From the NCBI GenBank assembly GCA_015228935.1, contig JADGCO010000004.1, forward strand, positions 12,084 through 76,083: DNA of 64,000 nt. The letters run 5' to 3'. Shown here piece after piece: positions 27,902-36,398 of this stretch (position 1 is the first letter of the stretch; the number at the start of each line of letters is the position of its first letter). Below the pieces are notes generated by a model. The model saw only the letters and a program-made list of their open reading frames with translations. It was not told the DNA's origin and did no database searches. This DNA comes from Magnetococcales bacterium. Its GTDB lineage: Bacteria; Pseudomonadota; Magnetococcia; Magnetococcales; DC0425bin3. A program made the translations under genes and the position numbers.

Positions 27902-28914
27902 GAGCCGGCCTCCACGAGGAGGTTGTAGCGTTTGATGTTGGCGTCAGCCATGTCTTGGATGGCTTTGATTCGTTTGGTATCGGGTTTGTCTTTCCGGAAC
28001 AGATGGGCAAACCTTTTTTGCAGGAGCAGATATTCCTGCACGGGGATGCGCCGCCGGATTTTGTGGACGTGGGTCACTTCGCCGAATTCTGCTTCATACA
28101 GGGGGTAGAGACCACATTCGACGGCCATGCGGGCGACGCGCACCGTGTCTTGGGGGGCGCTTCCCCATCCCAACGGGCAGGGAACGGAGATGTGGATGTA
28201 ACGGGCACCGTGAATCCCCATGGCCTTGAAAACCTTGTACTCCAGGTCCTTCAGGTTGGCGACACTCGCCGTCGCCACGTAGGGAATGCGATGGGCCATG
28301 GCGATGCGGGGGACATCCTTGCCGGTTCCGAAAACGTTGCCGGGTTCATCGCCGACAGCCGGGGTCGTGGCAGTGCGGGCGGCGGGCGGGGTGGCGCTGG
28401 AACGTTGCACGCCGGTATTCATGTAGGCTTGGTTGTCGTAGCAGATGTACAGCACATCATCGTTGCGTTCGAACATGCCCGAGAGGCAGCCGAAGCCAAT
28501 GTCCGTGGTACCGCCGTCACCACCCTGGGCAAGGACGCGGATCCGCTTGTCCCCCTTGACGCGCAAGGCTGCGGCAACACCTGAGGCCACAGCCGCCGCG
28601 TTGCCGAACAGAGAGTGGACCCAGGGAATCTGCCAGGAGGTTTCCGGATAGGGAGTCGTAAACACTTCCAGGCAGCCCGTGGCATTGACGGCAATCAGTT
28701 GGTTGTTGCTGGCGCGCATGGCGGCATCAACAGCATAGCGGGCACCGAGGGCTTCGCCACATCCCTGGCAGGCGCGATGGCCGCAGGTCAGGGAGTTGTT
28801 GCGGTCCATGCTGGACTGCACCAGGCGATTGCGGGCATCCACCAGGCGATTACTGACCGTATAGGTGCCCTTCTGATAGAATTTGACAGGTTGTTCGGAT
28901 GACGTATCGGTCAT
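27898..28914 (-). CDS. 2-oxoacid:ferredoxin oxidoreductase beta subunit (TPP-binding)
   Basis: 338 aa ORF with CGHRACQGCGEALGARY and AQGGDGGTTDIGF. It has 4 nt overlaps with both neighbouring genes. Confidence 0.9.
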   Translation of the reverse strand: MTDTSSEQPVKFYQKGTYTVSNRLVDARNRLVQSSMDRNNSLTCGHRACQGCGEALGARYAVDAAMRASNNQLIAVNATGCLEVFTTPYPETSWQIPWVHSLFGNAAAVASGVAAALRVKGDKRIRVLAQGGDGGTTDIGFGCLSGMFERNDDVLYICYDNQAYMNTGVQRSSATPPAARTATTPAVGDEPGNVFGTGKDVPRIAMAHRIPYVATASVANLKDLEYKVFKAMGIHGARYIHISVPCPLGWGSAPQDTVRVARMAVECGLYPLYEAEFGEVTHVHKIRRRIPVQEYLLLQKRFAHLFRKDKPDTKRIKAIQDMADANIKRYNLLVEAGS

Positions 28915-30179
28915 GATGACTCTCCTCCGGCCAGGGGTCCCCCCGGACCGATATCGCGCAGAATATTTTCGGCAATAGGGCCGGAGCGGCGGGTTTTGCG
29001 ACCGCGTTCCAGTTCCCGGTTGACCACAGCCCAGTCAAGGTCCAGGAAGTGTGGTGTATCCAGTTCGCCCTTCATGGCTTTGTTGAAGAAGTTTCGCAGG
29101 GAGTTTTTGGTGATGGGGCGTCCCCCCAGACCGGCAATGGCGGTGAAGAGGGGTTTGCGCAGACCACGCAGGGCCATGCGAATATTCGGGTCCACAACAC
29201 CACCCAGACCCACGTCCAGACTCTTTTCCACCACAATGATGCACTTGGCATCCTTGAGCGACTCCCGGATGGCGGCCAGCGGGAAGGGGCGGAAGGAGCA
29301 GAGGCTGATGGAACCGATGGGCGTGTTCTCCTCGGACCGCATGTCATCAATCACGTCCTTGATGGTACCATTGATGGAACCAAGGGCCACGACGATGGTC
29401 TCGGCCCCTTCGGTGCGGTAGTGATGGATGAGACCGCCGGATTTGCGCCCGAAATGTTTTTCGAAATCCGCGCTGATTTCCGGGATCAGATCCAGGGCGC
29501 GCATTTGTTTGTGGTGGGCGAGATAGCGGACTTCCGCGAAGGCATCCGGTCCCACCATGGCCCCGATGGAGACCGGCTCTTTTGTATCAAGAACCTGCAC
29601 GGGTTCGTAGGGAGGGAGGAAGGCATCGACCTGTTCCTGGGTGGGAATATCGACCCGTTCGTAGGCATGGGTCAGGATGAACCCATCCACGCAGACCATG
29701 ACAGGGCAGCTCAGCTCTTCGGCGAGGCGGAAGGCGAGAATGTGCAGATCCACGGCTTCCTGGTTGGTTTCGGCAAAGATCTGGATCCAGCCGGAGTCGC
29801 GCATGGCCATGCTGTCCGAGTGGTCATTCCAGATGTTGATCGGGGCACCGATGGCGCGGTTGCCGATGGTCATGACAATGGGCAGACCGAGGCCGGAAGC
29901 GTTGTAGACCGCTTCGGCCATGAACAGCAACCCCTGACTCGACGTGGCCGTATAGCTGCGAACACCCGCCGCCGAGGAACCGATGACGCCGCTGAGGGCC
30001 GCAAACTCGGATTCGACGTTGACAAACTCACACCCTTGCAATTGGTTGGCTTTTACCAGCGAGGCCAGACCTTCCACGATATGGGTCTGCGGTGTGATGG
30101 GATAGGCGCAGATCACTTGGGGCCGACAGAGGGCGATGGCCTCGGCAACGGCCTGGGAACCTTCAATCTGTTTCAACAT
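28911..30179 (-). CDS. 2-oxoacid:ferredoxin oxidoreductase alpha subunit
   Basis: 422 aa ORF with MLKQIEGSQAVAEAIALCRPQVICAYPITPQTHIVE, typical of PorA/VorA/KorA. Confidence 0.9.
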   Translation of the reverse strand: MLKQIEGSQAVAEAIALCRPQVICAYPITPQTHIVEGLASLVKANQLQGCEFVNVESEFAALSGVIGSSAAGVRSYTATSSQGLLFMAEAVYNASGLGLPIVMTIGNRAIGAPINIWNDHSDSMAMRDSGWIQIFAETNQEAVDLHILAFRLAEELSCPVMVCVDGFILTHAYERVDIPTQEQVDAFLPPYEPVQVLDTKEPVSIGAMVGPDAFAEVRYLAHHKQMRALDLIPEISADFEKHFGRKSGGLIHHYRTEGAETIVVALGSINGTIKDVIDDMRSEENTPIGSISLCSFRPFPLAAIRESLKDAKCIIVVEKSLDVGLGGVVDPNIRMALRGLRKPLFTAIAGLGGRPITKNSLRNFFNKAMKGELDTPHFLDLDWAVVNRELERGRKTRRSGPIAENILRDIGPGGPLAGGESS

Positions 30180-30182
30180 GGT

Positions 30183-30791
30183 TCAGGATCCTCCCCCGAT
30201 GTTTGCCTTGGCCTTTTCGAAGGCTTCACGGGCTGCCAGGATATTGGCTTCGCCGACCTTGCCCGGAAATTTTTCCTTCACGGCGGCGATGACCGAGTCC
30301 AAATTGATCTGACCCGTAACAGCAGCGAATATTCCCAACAATGAGGCATTGGGTACGGGGCGACCGACATGTTTGATGGCCAGTTCCGTGGCATCCACTT
30401 TTCCGATATTCCGGGAGGGGAATTTGGTTACGAAGTCGGCAATGCCCAACTCTTCGTAACTTTTGCTTGAGTTGATCAGGATAAACCCGGTCGGCGAGCA
30501 TCCGGAAAAAACATCCACGGAGTGCAGCAGGGTGGGATCCTGGATAATGATGGCGTCCGGTTTCATGATGGGTTCACGCAGGCGAATTTCCTTGTCGTCG
30601 ATTCGACAGTAGGAAATCACGGGCGCTCCCATCCGCTCGGAACCAAAGCTTGGGAAGGCCTGGGCATGACGCCCTTCCAGGAAGGCCGCCACCGACAACA
30701 TCTCGGCAGCAGAAACCACCCCCTGACCTCCCCTTCCATGAATACGGATCTGAAACACTTTTATCCCCTTTCCTCTTTGAAGCCTCAACAA
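30183..30791 (-). CDS. 2-oxoacid:ferredoxin oxidoreductase gamma subunit
   Basis: 202 aa ORF with IRIHGRGGQGVVSAAEML...FPSFGSERMGAPV. Confidence 0.9.
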   Translation of the reverse strand: MLRLQRGKGIKVFQIRIHGRGGQGVVSAAEMLSVAAFLEGRHAQAFPSFGSERMGAPVISYCRIDDKEIRLREPIMKPDAIIIQDPTLLHSVDVFSGCSPTGFILINSSKSYEELGIADFVTKFPSRNIGKVDATELAIKHVGRPVPNASLLGIFAAVTGQINLDSVIAAVKEKFPGKVGEANILAAREAFEKAKANIGGGS

Positions 30792-31049
30792 ACGCGGTTG
30801 GCATGGAGACGCTGCATCAGGAAAATGCCATCAGCACATCGACATGGTCACTGGTACAGACTTGCTTCCCATCCCTCACCGAAAATGGTAGGACCCGGCA
30901 TGATCGGTTGGCAAGTGAAAATCAGCGTTTCATGATGCAGAAATTAAATTATCTGCACTGATTTTTTTATCAGAGGTGATTTTCCCTGGATTTGTTTTCC
31001 AAAGGTGTCGCAGACTTGACGACCGTGGGCCAACGCACAATCTTCACGC

Positions 31050-32432
31050 ATGACACATGGCAGCCGTGGGACACCAGACATGACCCAAAATGCAGCAGAA
31101 AAAATGGTGGATGCCCCGATTGAAGTCAAACAGTTTTATTATACGGCCTTGGAAGTTGAAAATGTTCGCTGCTTTAAAGATAGACAAAGACTCAATCTTT
31201 CCGATGAAAATGGCTCGTGGGCCAAGTGGACTGTATTGTTAGGTAATAATGGGTCTGGAAAAACGACTCTATTGCAGTGTTTGTATGAAATGATGCCGTA
31301 CAAAATGAAGCTCATGGAATCAGATAAAATTTGCGTTCGTCCATATCTATCCGGGAACGGCAGAATTTCATTTGATAAATTCTCAAGAAATACTGGAAGT
31401 TTGTTTTTAGGTATTGAATATATTTTTTCTACTATAAATAATAAATTTATAAATGATCGTTCTGGCGTTGAAATTCGTTTGTTATCAAACCATAAATTTA
31501 TATCAACGTATGGTTATTCTAAAATAGAAGAAAAATATTATTCATTATTTATCAGAAAATATGGGCAAAATCGTTTGTTTAGCAATGAGATTGGAGATAG
31601 AAAAGAAATAGACAATCAAGAATATTCACTAATAGAGGAGATTAATTTATTAAATCCTGAAAAATGGCTGTTGAATGCGGATTATACAGCCAGCAAGGAA
31701 TCGAAAATTCAGGAAAGAGCTAAATTTCGCCTGAAAACAATTCAAGACACACTTGTTGATTTGTTACCGGATATTGAGGAAATCCGTATCGTGCCTCCAG
31801 AACGGGCAAAGGATTTGCCTAAGGTAGAATTCAGGACCCCTTATGGTTGGGTAAAATTCGATCAATTGAGTCTGGGATATCGCACCATGATGGGGTGGGT
31901 GGTGGATTTGGCGGCACGCATGTTTGACCACTATCCAGAAAGCCCTGATCCTTTGGCAGAACCAGCCATTGTGCTGGTGGATGAAATTGACTTGCACATG
32001 CATCCGCAATGGCAACGCAAAATCATGCACCATCTCAGTCAACACTTCCAAAATACCCAGTTTATCGTTACCGCTCACAGCCCCCTGATTGCGCAAGCCG
32101 CCACAGATGCCCGCACCAACATTGCCGTTCTTCGCCGGGAAGGCGATCAAGTCATCATTGATAACAATCCAGAAAATATTCGCAATTGGCGCATCGATCA
32201 AATTTTGTCTAGTGATTTATTCGGGGTACCCCTGCGTTCGGAAACCATGGAGCAGTTGATGCAGGAACGCGCCTCGATTCTCGCCAAACCTCACCTCACT
32301 GCGGAGGATACGGAGAGAGTGCGTCACCTGGAACAGGAGATTGGCGATCCTCCAGTCGGAGAATCAAAAACCGATTGGGAAGCCATGCAACTCATCCGGG
32401 CTGCCGCTGCCCATTTGCAGCAGGGAAAATGA
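31050..32432 (+). CDS. ABC-type AAA ATPase (AAA_21/SMC-like, defence-associated type)
   Basis: 460 aa ORF with Walker A LLGNNGSGKTTLL, signature-like LSLGYRTMM and Walker B IVLVDEIDLHMHPQWQRKI...IVTAHSP. The middle of the gene (about 31260-31760) is strikingly AT-rich. The start could be 31050, 31080 or 31104. Confidence 0.75.
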   Translation: MTHGSRGTPDMTQNAAEKMVDAPIEVKQFYYTALEVENVRCFKDRQRLNLSDENGSWAKWTVLLGNNGSGKTTLLQCLYEMMPYKMKLMESDKICVRPYLSGNGRISFDKFSRNTGSLFLGIEYIFSTINNKFINDRSGVEIRLLSNHKFISTYGYSKIEEKYYSLFIRKYGQNRLFSNEIGDRKEIDNQEYSLIEEINLLNPEKWLLNADYTASKESKIQERAKFRLKTIQDTLVDLLPDIEEIRIVPPERAKDLPKVEFRTPYGWVKFDQLSLGYRTMMGWVVDLAARMFDHYPESPDPLAEPAIVLVDEIDLHMHPQWQRKIMHHLSQHFQNTQFIVTAHSPLIAQAATDARTNIAVLRREGDQVIIDNNPENIRNWRIDQILSSDLFGVPLRSETMEQLMQERASILAKPHLTAEDTERVRHLEQEIGDPPVGESKTDWEAMQLIRAAAAHLQQGK

Positions 32433-32474
32433 CGATGATCCGGATCGTCAAACCCGAAACCATCCCGGAAATTC
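32429..32474 (+). pseudogene. Possible 5' stub of a translationally coupled partner gene, cut off at the tRNA-Ala 3' end
   Basis: There is an ATGA overlap with the ATPase stop. ATG ACG ATG ATC CGG ATC GTC AAA CCC GAA ACC ATC CCG GAA ATT CTG (MTMIRIVKPETIPEIL) then runs straight into the tRNA sequence. Confidence 0.25.
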
Positions 32475-32550
32475 TGGTGGAGCCGGGGGGAATCGAACCC
32501 CCGACTTCAGCATTGCGAACGCTGCGCTCTCCCATCTGAGCTACGGCCCC
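32475..32550 (-). tRNA. tRNA-Ala (anticodon CGC), CCA encoded
   Basis: The reverse complement folds by hand as GGGGCCG-TA-GCTC-AGATGGGA-GAGC-G-CAGCG-TTCGCAA-TGCTG-AAGTC-GGGGG-TTCGATT-CCCCC-CGGCTCC-ACCA. The G3:U70 Ala identity pair is present. Confidence 0.95.
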
Positions 32551-32685
32551 ACGCTATACAATCCGCCGATTATCCGCTCCTGATTTTCAAAAAGCAAGTC
32601 AAAAGAAACAAAAACAGGCCAGGGATGCATGAAAAATTTTGGGTCCACGGCATCCCGTTCTTGTTGAGCGGCATCCTGTTCTTGT

Positions 32686-33069
32686 TCAAGGAAAAGCATT
32701 CTGGAGTACTTCAACTTTCCAGCCTGGCCCCTGGCGTGTAATCAGCACGGCATCGAAACGGCAGAAATGATTTGAATATTCCGGATGGGCTTGCAGGTAA
32801 AGCGTGGCCAGCAGCGTCAGACGGCGTTGTTTGCGAAAATCGATGGCCTCGGCGGGAGAACCATAGGTATCCGTGCGTCGCGCCTTGACTTCACAAAAAA
32901 CCAGGGTATCACCCTGCAAGGCAACAATATCCAATTCACCCCGTCGAAACCGGACATTGCGTTCGAGAATGCGGTAGCCGGTTCGGCTCAAATGCCCGGC
33001 AGCCAGATCCTCGGCAAAACGCCCGAAAGCCTTCCGGTCATCCTGATGAGCATGCATCGATATATCCAA
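32686..33069 (-). CDS. yraN: YraN-family (UPF0102) endonuclease-like protein
   Basis: 127 aa ORF with GRFAEDLAAGHLSRTGYRILERNVRFRRGELDIVALQGDTLVFCEVKAR... Confidence 0.85.
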   Translation of the reverse strand: MDISMHAHQDDRKAFGRFAEDLAAGHLSRTGYRILERNVRFRRGELDIVALQGDTLVFCEVKARRTDTYGSPAEAIDFRKQRRLTLLATLYLQAHPEYSNHFCRFDAVLITRQGPGWKVEVLQNAFP

Positions 33070-33254
33070 GCTCGTTTCTGTGTTTCAAAACGCCATGACA
33101 GCCTTGCCTGGTTGCGGATTGTCCAGGATTTCATCCGTCCAGTCCAGCAAAATCCACAAGAATGACCCAATAAAAATGTATGAAATCTGATCGGATGAAC
33201 CAATCGTAAGGACACGCCCGATTGCGGTGGTGACTTATCGGGTTCAATCGTCTA
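32898..33254. repeat. Direct repeat R1 (yraN 5' coding segment plus its upstream region)
   Basis: Segments 32898-32958 and 33114-33254 recur at 33865-33919 and 33939-34076. The first 55 nt of the second segment (GGATTGTCCAGGATTTCATCCGTCCAGTCCAGCAAAATCCACAAGAATGACCCAA) are identical in both copies. Confidence 0.8.
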
Positions 33255-33279
33255 CTTCCGGATCGCATCATCGATATCT

Positions 33280-33579
33280 TCAGGCTTGTTTATATTTTTC
33301 AGAAGGTTTGGCCAGGGGATCGGATAGCCAGGAAGCGGTTTTGTTCGTCACCAGCCAATAGGCATATTCTGGAGCCAGGTCAAAGCCGCATGGCCATGCC
33401 AACGTGGGCCATTCATCAAGAAAAACGCGGCGAAACTCTTCCTGGTCACGCAGTTGGGCAGCACCTGGAACTGAATGTACCAATTTTGCCAAATCAGCCA
33501 CACCACTTTCACCAGAATTAAAGGTCAGGAATAACTGGTAGTTGTCCAGATATTTCACGGTTTGTACGGCAATGGGCAT
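33280..33579 (-). CDS. DUF2442 domain protein
   Basis: MPIAVQTVKYLDNYQLFLTFNSGESGVADL... I chose ATG 33579, preceded by GGAGGAG directly after the stop of the upstream gene. Confidence 0.75.
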   Translation of the reverse strand: MPIAVQTVKYLDNYQLFLTFNSGESGVADLAKLVHSVPGAAQLRDQEEFRRVFLDEWPTLAWPCGFDLAPEYAYWLVTNKTASWLSDPLAKPSEKYKQA

Positions 33580-33590
33580 GGTACTCCTCC

Positions 33591-33839
33591 TCACACCAGT
33601 GGTTCAACCTTGTGGAATTTCTTGTTATTCCACATTGACAGCAACTCCCGTTGATGCTTTTCCATCCACTCCTCAACCAACCCCCGTACTCGTGCGGGCA
33701 GGTGACCATCCAACACATTGAAGGAATGGATGTCCATCACGGCCCGGAATTCATTGTAACGTACATGAATATGGGGAGGGTTGTGTTCATTGAAATACAT
33801 GAACACGACAATGCCAAGGAATCTAGATATTTCGGACAT
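33591..33839 (-). CDS. DUF4160 domain protein
   Basis: 82 aa ORF with MSEISRFLGIVVFMYFNEHNPPHIHVRYNEF..., the hallmark DUF4160 N-terminus. It is paired with DUF2442, as commonly seen. Confidence 0.8.
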   Translation of the reverse strand: MSEISRFLGIVVFMYFNEHNPPHIHVRYNEFRAVMDIHSFNVLDGHLPARVRGLVEEWMEKHQRELLSMWNNKKFHKVEPLV

Positions 33840-33864
33840 CGGTTCCCATCAAGCTCTTCAAGCT

Positions 33865-34076
33865 CAGGTATCACCCTGCAAGGCAACAGTGTCCGATTCG
33901 CCCCGTCGAGATCTGACATTGACAACCTCGCCTAGCCCCGGATTGTCCAGGATTTCATCCGTCCAGTCCAGCAAAATCCACAAGAATGACCCAACAAAAA
34001 TATACAAAATCAGGTCGGGTGAACCCATCGAAGGGCACGCCCGATTTCGATGGTGACATTTTGGGTTCAATCGTCT
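33865..34076. repeat. Direct repeat R2 (diverged, internally deleted copy of R1, including a 20-codon yraN fragment)
   Basis: The reverse strand of 33865-33925 reads VVNVRSRRGESDTVALQGDT, versus yraN NVRFRRGELDIVALQGDT. 33939-34076 is roughly 85 percent identical by eye to 33114-33254. Confidence 0.8.
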
Positions 34077-34138
34077 ATGATTGACAAGGATATTCTCAAG
34101 CTTGTTTCTGTTTTTCAGATTACTGGCATGACAACAGG

Positions 34139-34387
34139 GTGCGAATTGCATACAGCAAACAGGCCATTAAAACCCTGCGGCACATGCCCGCCAATGAGGC
34201 TCGATTGGTTCAAAGGAAGATCACCCTCTATGCGAAAGATCCCGCATCCCAGGTTGCCAACGTCAGAAAATTGCAGGGCCGTGATGGTTACCGACTCCGG
34301 GTTGGAGACTGGCGGGTCATTTTCGATCAGGACGGCAACGTCTTGGATATTTTGGAAATCGGCCCCCGTGGCGGGATTTACCGATAG
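34139..34387 (+). CDS. RelE/ParE-family type II toxin
   Basis: 82 aa ORF with ...LQGRDGYRLRVGDWRVIFDQDGNVLDILEIGPRGGIY. GTG start. Confidence 0.8.
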   Translation: MRIAYSKQAIKTLRHMPANEARLVQRKITLYAKDPASQVANVRKLQGRDGYRLRVGDWRVIFDQDGNVLDILEIGPRGGIYR

Positions 34388-34393
34388 GAGATC

Positions 34394-34768
34394 ATGGCCA
34401 TGAGCCATATTCTCAACATCACCATTGATGGCGTGGACTATGTCGCCATTCCCAAGACAGACATCGGGAACAACCCTCTCGATGAAGAAGCTTTCGATGT
34501 GGCCCGCTATGACCACATCAAAAAGCAACTGGCCACTGGTGAAGAAGAATTGATACCCTCTGAGTTTGTGGATCGCATTCTGAATGGGGAGTCTCCCCTT
34601 CGGGCTTGGCGTGAATTTCGTGGTCTGACCTTGCAGGTACTGGCTGATCGGGTTGGAGTTTCCAAGGAGTACCTCTTCGAGATCGAAAACGGCCAAAAGG
34701 ATGGCTCTGTTAGTGTCATGAAACAGATAGCCAAGGCCCTGAAAGTCAACTTGGATGACATTGTTTGA
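34394..34768 (+). CDS. XRE-family HTH antitoxin (toxin-first, HigA-like order)
   Basis: 124 aa ORF with the C-terminal HTH LRAWREFRGLTLQVLADRVGVSKEYLFEIENGQK. It starts 6 nt after the toxin stop. Confidence 0.8.
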   Translation: MAMSHILNITIDGVDYVAIPKTDIGNNPLDEEAFDVARYDHIKKQLATGEEELIPSEFVDRILNGESPLRAWREFRGLTLQVLADRVGVSKEYLFEIENGQKDGSVSVMKQIAKALKVNLDDIV

Positions 34769-34826
34769 GAGTCTATGCATGACCTTGTATGGCCAAGCTA
34801 ACCGCCCATTGTTTCCTTGTTTGTAG

Positions 34827-35198
34827 TCATGCAAGTTGCAGTCGAGAAACTGGAAAAAAAAATTACGCATCATCAGTTTCCGCAAGGCCAACCGCAGAGA
34901 GGTGCTTAAATATGTCAGCCAAACGCATGGTACGCTTGCCGACAATTGAAGAAGATGCTGCGATCAATGCAGGTATCGCTGAAGACCCGGAGACGTTGGA
35001 AATTTCCGACAGCGATTTTTCCAAACTTAAACCGATGTTTGGCCACTCCACACCGGCAGTGGCGCAAAAGTCTCCACCACCGTGCGTTTCGATGCCGATA
35101 TCGTGACCAGCAAAACGGCTTGGTCTGCTTCCTTCGACGCGAACATTGTTGGAATCGTTACGTTGCAATGGCTTGTTTGTAGACGACAGATTGATTGA
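34827..35198 (+). pseudogene. Decayed BrnT/BrnA-like (DUF497/DUF4415) toxin-antitoxin remnant
   Basis: One frame reads ...KKKLRIISFRKANRREVLKYVSQ* (BrnT-like C-terminus), bounded upstream by TAG 34824-34826 and preceded by an A9 run (34854-34862). The next frame reads MSAKRMVRLPTIEEDAAINAGIAEDPETLEISDSDFSKLKPMF. The frame then shifts near 35040 to RPLHTGSGAKVSTTVRFDADIV (DUF4415-like). Confidence 0.4.
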
Positions 35199-35492
35199 GG
35201 GAATGCTTACTGATCTTGGAGAATGAGAAATTATGGCTCATGATGCAAATCGTAATTTCTGCCTTAATGCCCCAAGGCCAGAAGCCAAGAATATGGATGA
35301 ATCGTCAACTGTGAAATGCGTATACTGTTCCCAGGTTTCTTCTTGCGGAAATGACCGATTGAGACTTGTTACAGGGTACTCTTTTCAGGTGGAAATCGAA
35401 ATCATGGGAGACACCATATGGTAAACCGGTATTTAAATCGAGGGACACCATATCTACCTCCTCCAAGATCCGGGTCGGCTTCGTTAAATTTC

Positions 35493-36398
35493 TCATTTTA
35501 AAGGTTCGGATCCATCAGTCGCTTCAGGCAAATTGGATATGGGCTTTGTTTTGCGCTCCAAATAAGTTTCAAACAAGAATGACACCAGAGTAGCTGCTGC
35601 CCCGGTTGCAAGACCTGCATGGCGGGGCTGAATGCCCCGATTGGCCTTGGCAGACATGCCATGTCCGGTTCCGTAGTAGTTGCGCAACTCGGCTATTCCC
35701 TGTGATATCTGGGCAAGGCTGGAGAGAATCTTTTTGATGGTCTCAGATCCTTTTTTGGCATTGCTGACATCGTCTGGCAACAGGGCAAGAGACTTGCAGG
35801 TATTGCGTACCAGCTTCAGCAAGTCATCCTTTCCCGGATCTTCCCCTCTCTCCTCCAGAATTGTCTTGCAGACCGATTCCACCAACTCCTTGGCTGTACC
35901 AATGGCCAAATCAGGATCTTCTTGCACAGACGTAACCATGCGGTTAATCTGTTGGTTCAGGTAGCGTGAATCAATGGTCCCAGCCAAGTTCCTGATGCCG
36001 TTCATCGCAGGATTACCTGAAATTAAACTGGAAACCAATTTGCCATCCCTGTAATCAAATCCGTCATCCTTCAGGCAGGTAAGCAATTCTTGGACATCCG
36101 ACTTCGTTTTATCTTGATTCGAGTCAGATGGTATTATCTTTTCGGAGCGAACAATGACTTCCTGATATGCATTCAACAACTTCCGGATATCCGATTGATT
36201 TGTAAAATCAAGTGTATGGTAATGCTGCTCTACAAGGCAACGACGCTCACCTTTATATTGCGGCTGATGTTTGGTATCGCATTGAATGCCTGCTTCTTCG
36301 AATATCATCTTAATATCATGCTTAATCCAACCAACCAGAAACTCCCGAAATCGGTTCCGGGTTTTTTTGCTGATCAGGCCACTGTCAACCATCTCCAA
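35493..36398 (-). CDS. Abortive-infection family protein (Abi_C domain)
   Basis: 301 aa ORF. The C-terminal region AIGTAKELVESVCKTILEE...LAQISQGIAELRNYYGTGHG matches the Abi_C ELRN..G.GHG pattern as I recall it. Confidence 0.65.
   Translation of the reverse strand: MEMVDSGLISKKTRNRFREFLVGWIKHDIKMIFEEAGIQCDTKHQPQYKGERRCLVEQHYHTLDFTNQSDIRKLLNAYQEVIVRSEKIIPSDSNQDKTKSDVQELLTCLKDDGFDYRDGKLVSSLISGNPAMNGIRNLAGTIDSRYLNQQINRMVTSVQEDPDLAIGTAKELVESVCKTILEERGEDPGKDDLLKLVRNTCKSLALLPDDVSNAKKGSETIKKILSSLAQISQGIAELRNYYGTGHGMSAKANRGIQPRHAGLATGAAATLVSFLFETYLERKTKPISNLPEATDGSEPLK

Noticed and set aside
26807-30344. Long plus-strand ORFs 26807-27928 (373 aa) and 29049-30344 (431 aa)
   Set aside because: They are antisense shadows of the oxidoreductase genes. 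Their composition is dominated by G, D, H, A and R runs with no motifs, while the reverse-strand genes have clear family signatures.
34115-34945. Reverse ORF of 276 aa covering the RelE/XRE pair
   Set aside because: It has no motifs. The plus-strand toxin and antitoxin have diagnostic sequences and correct spacing.
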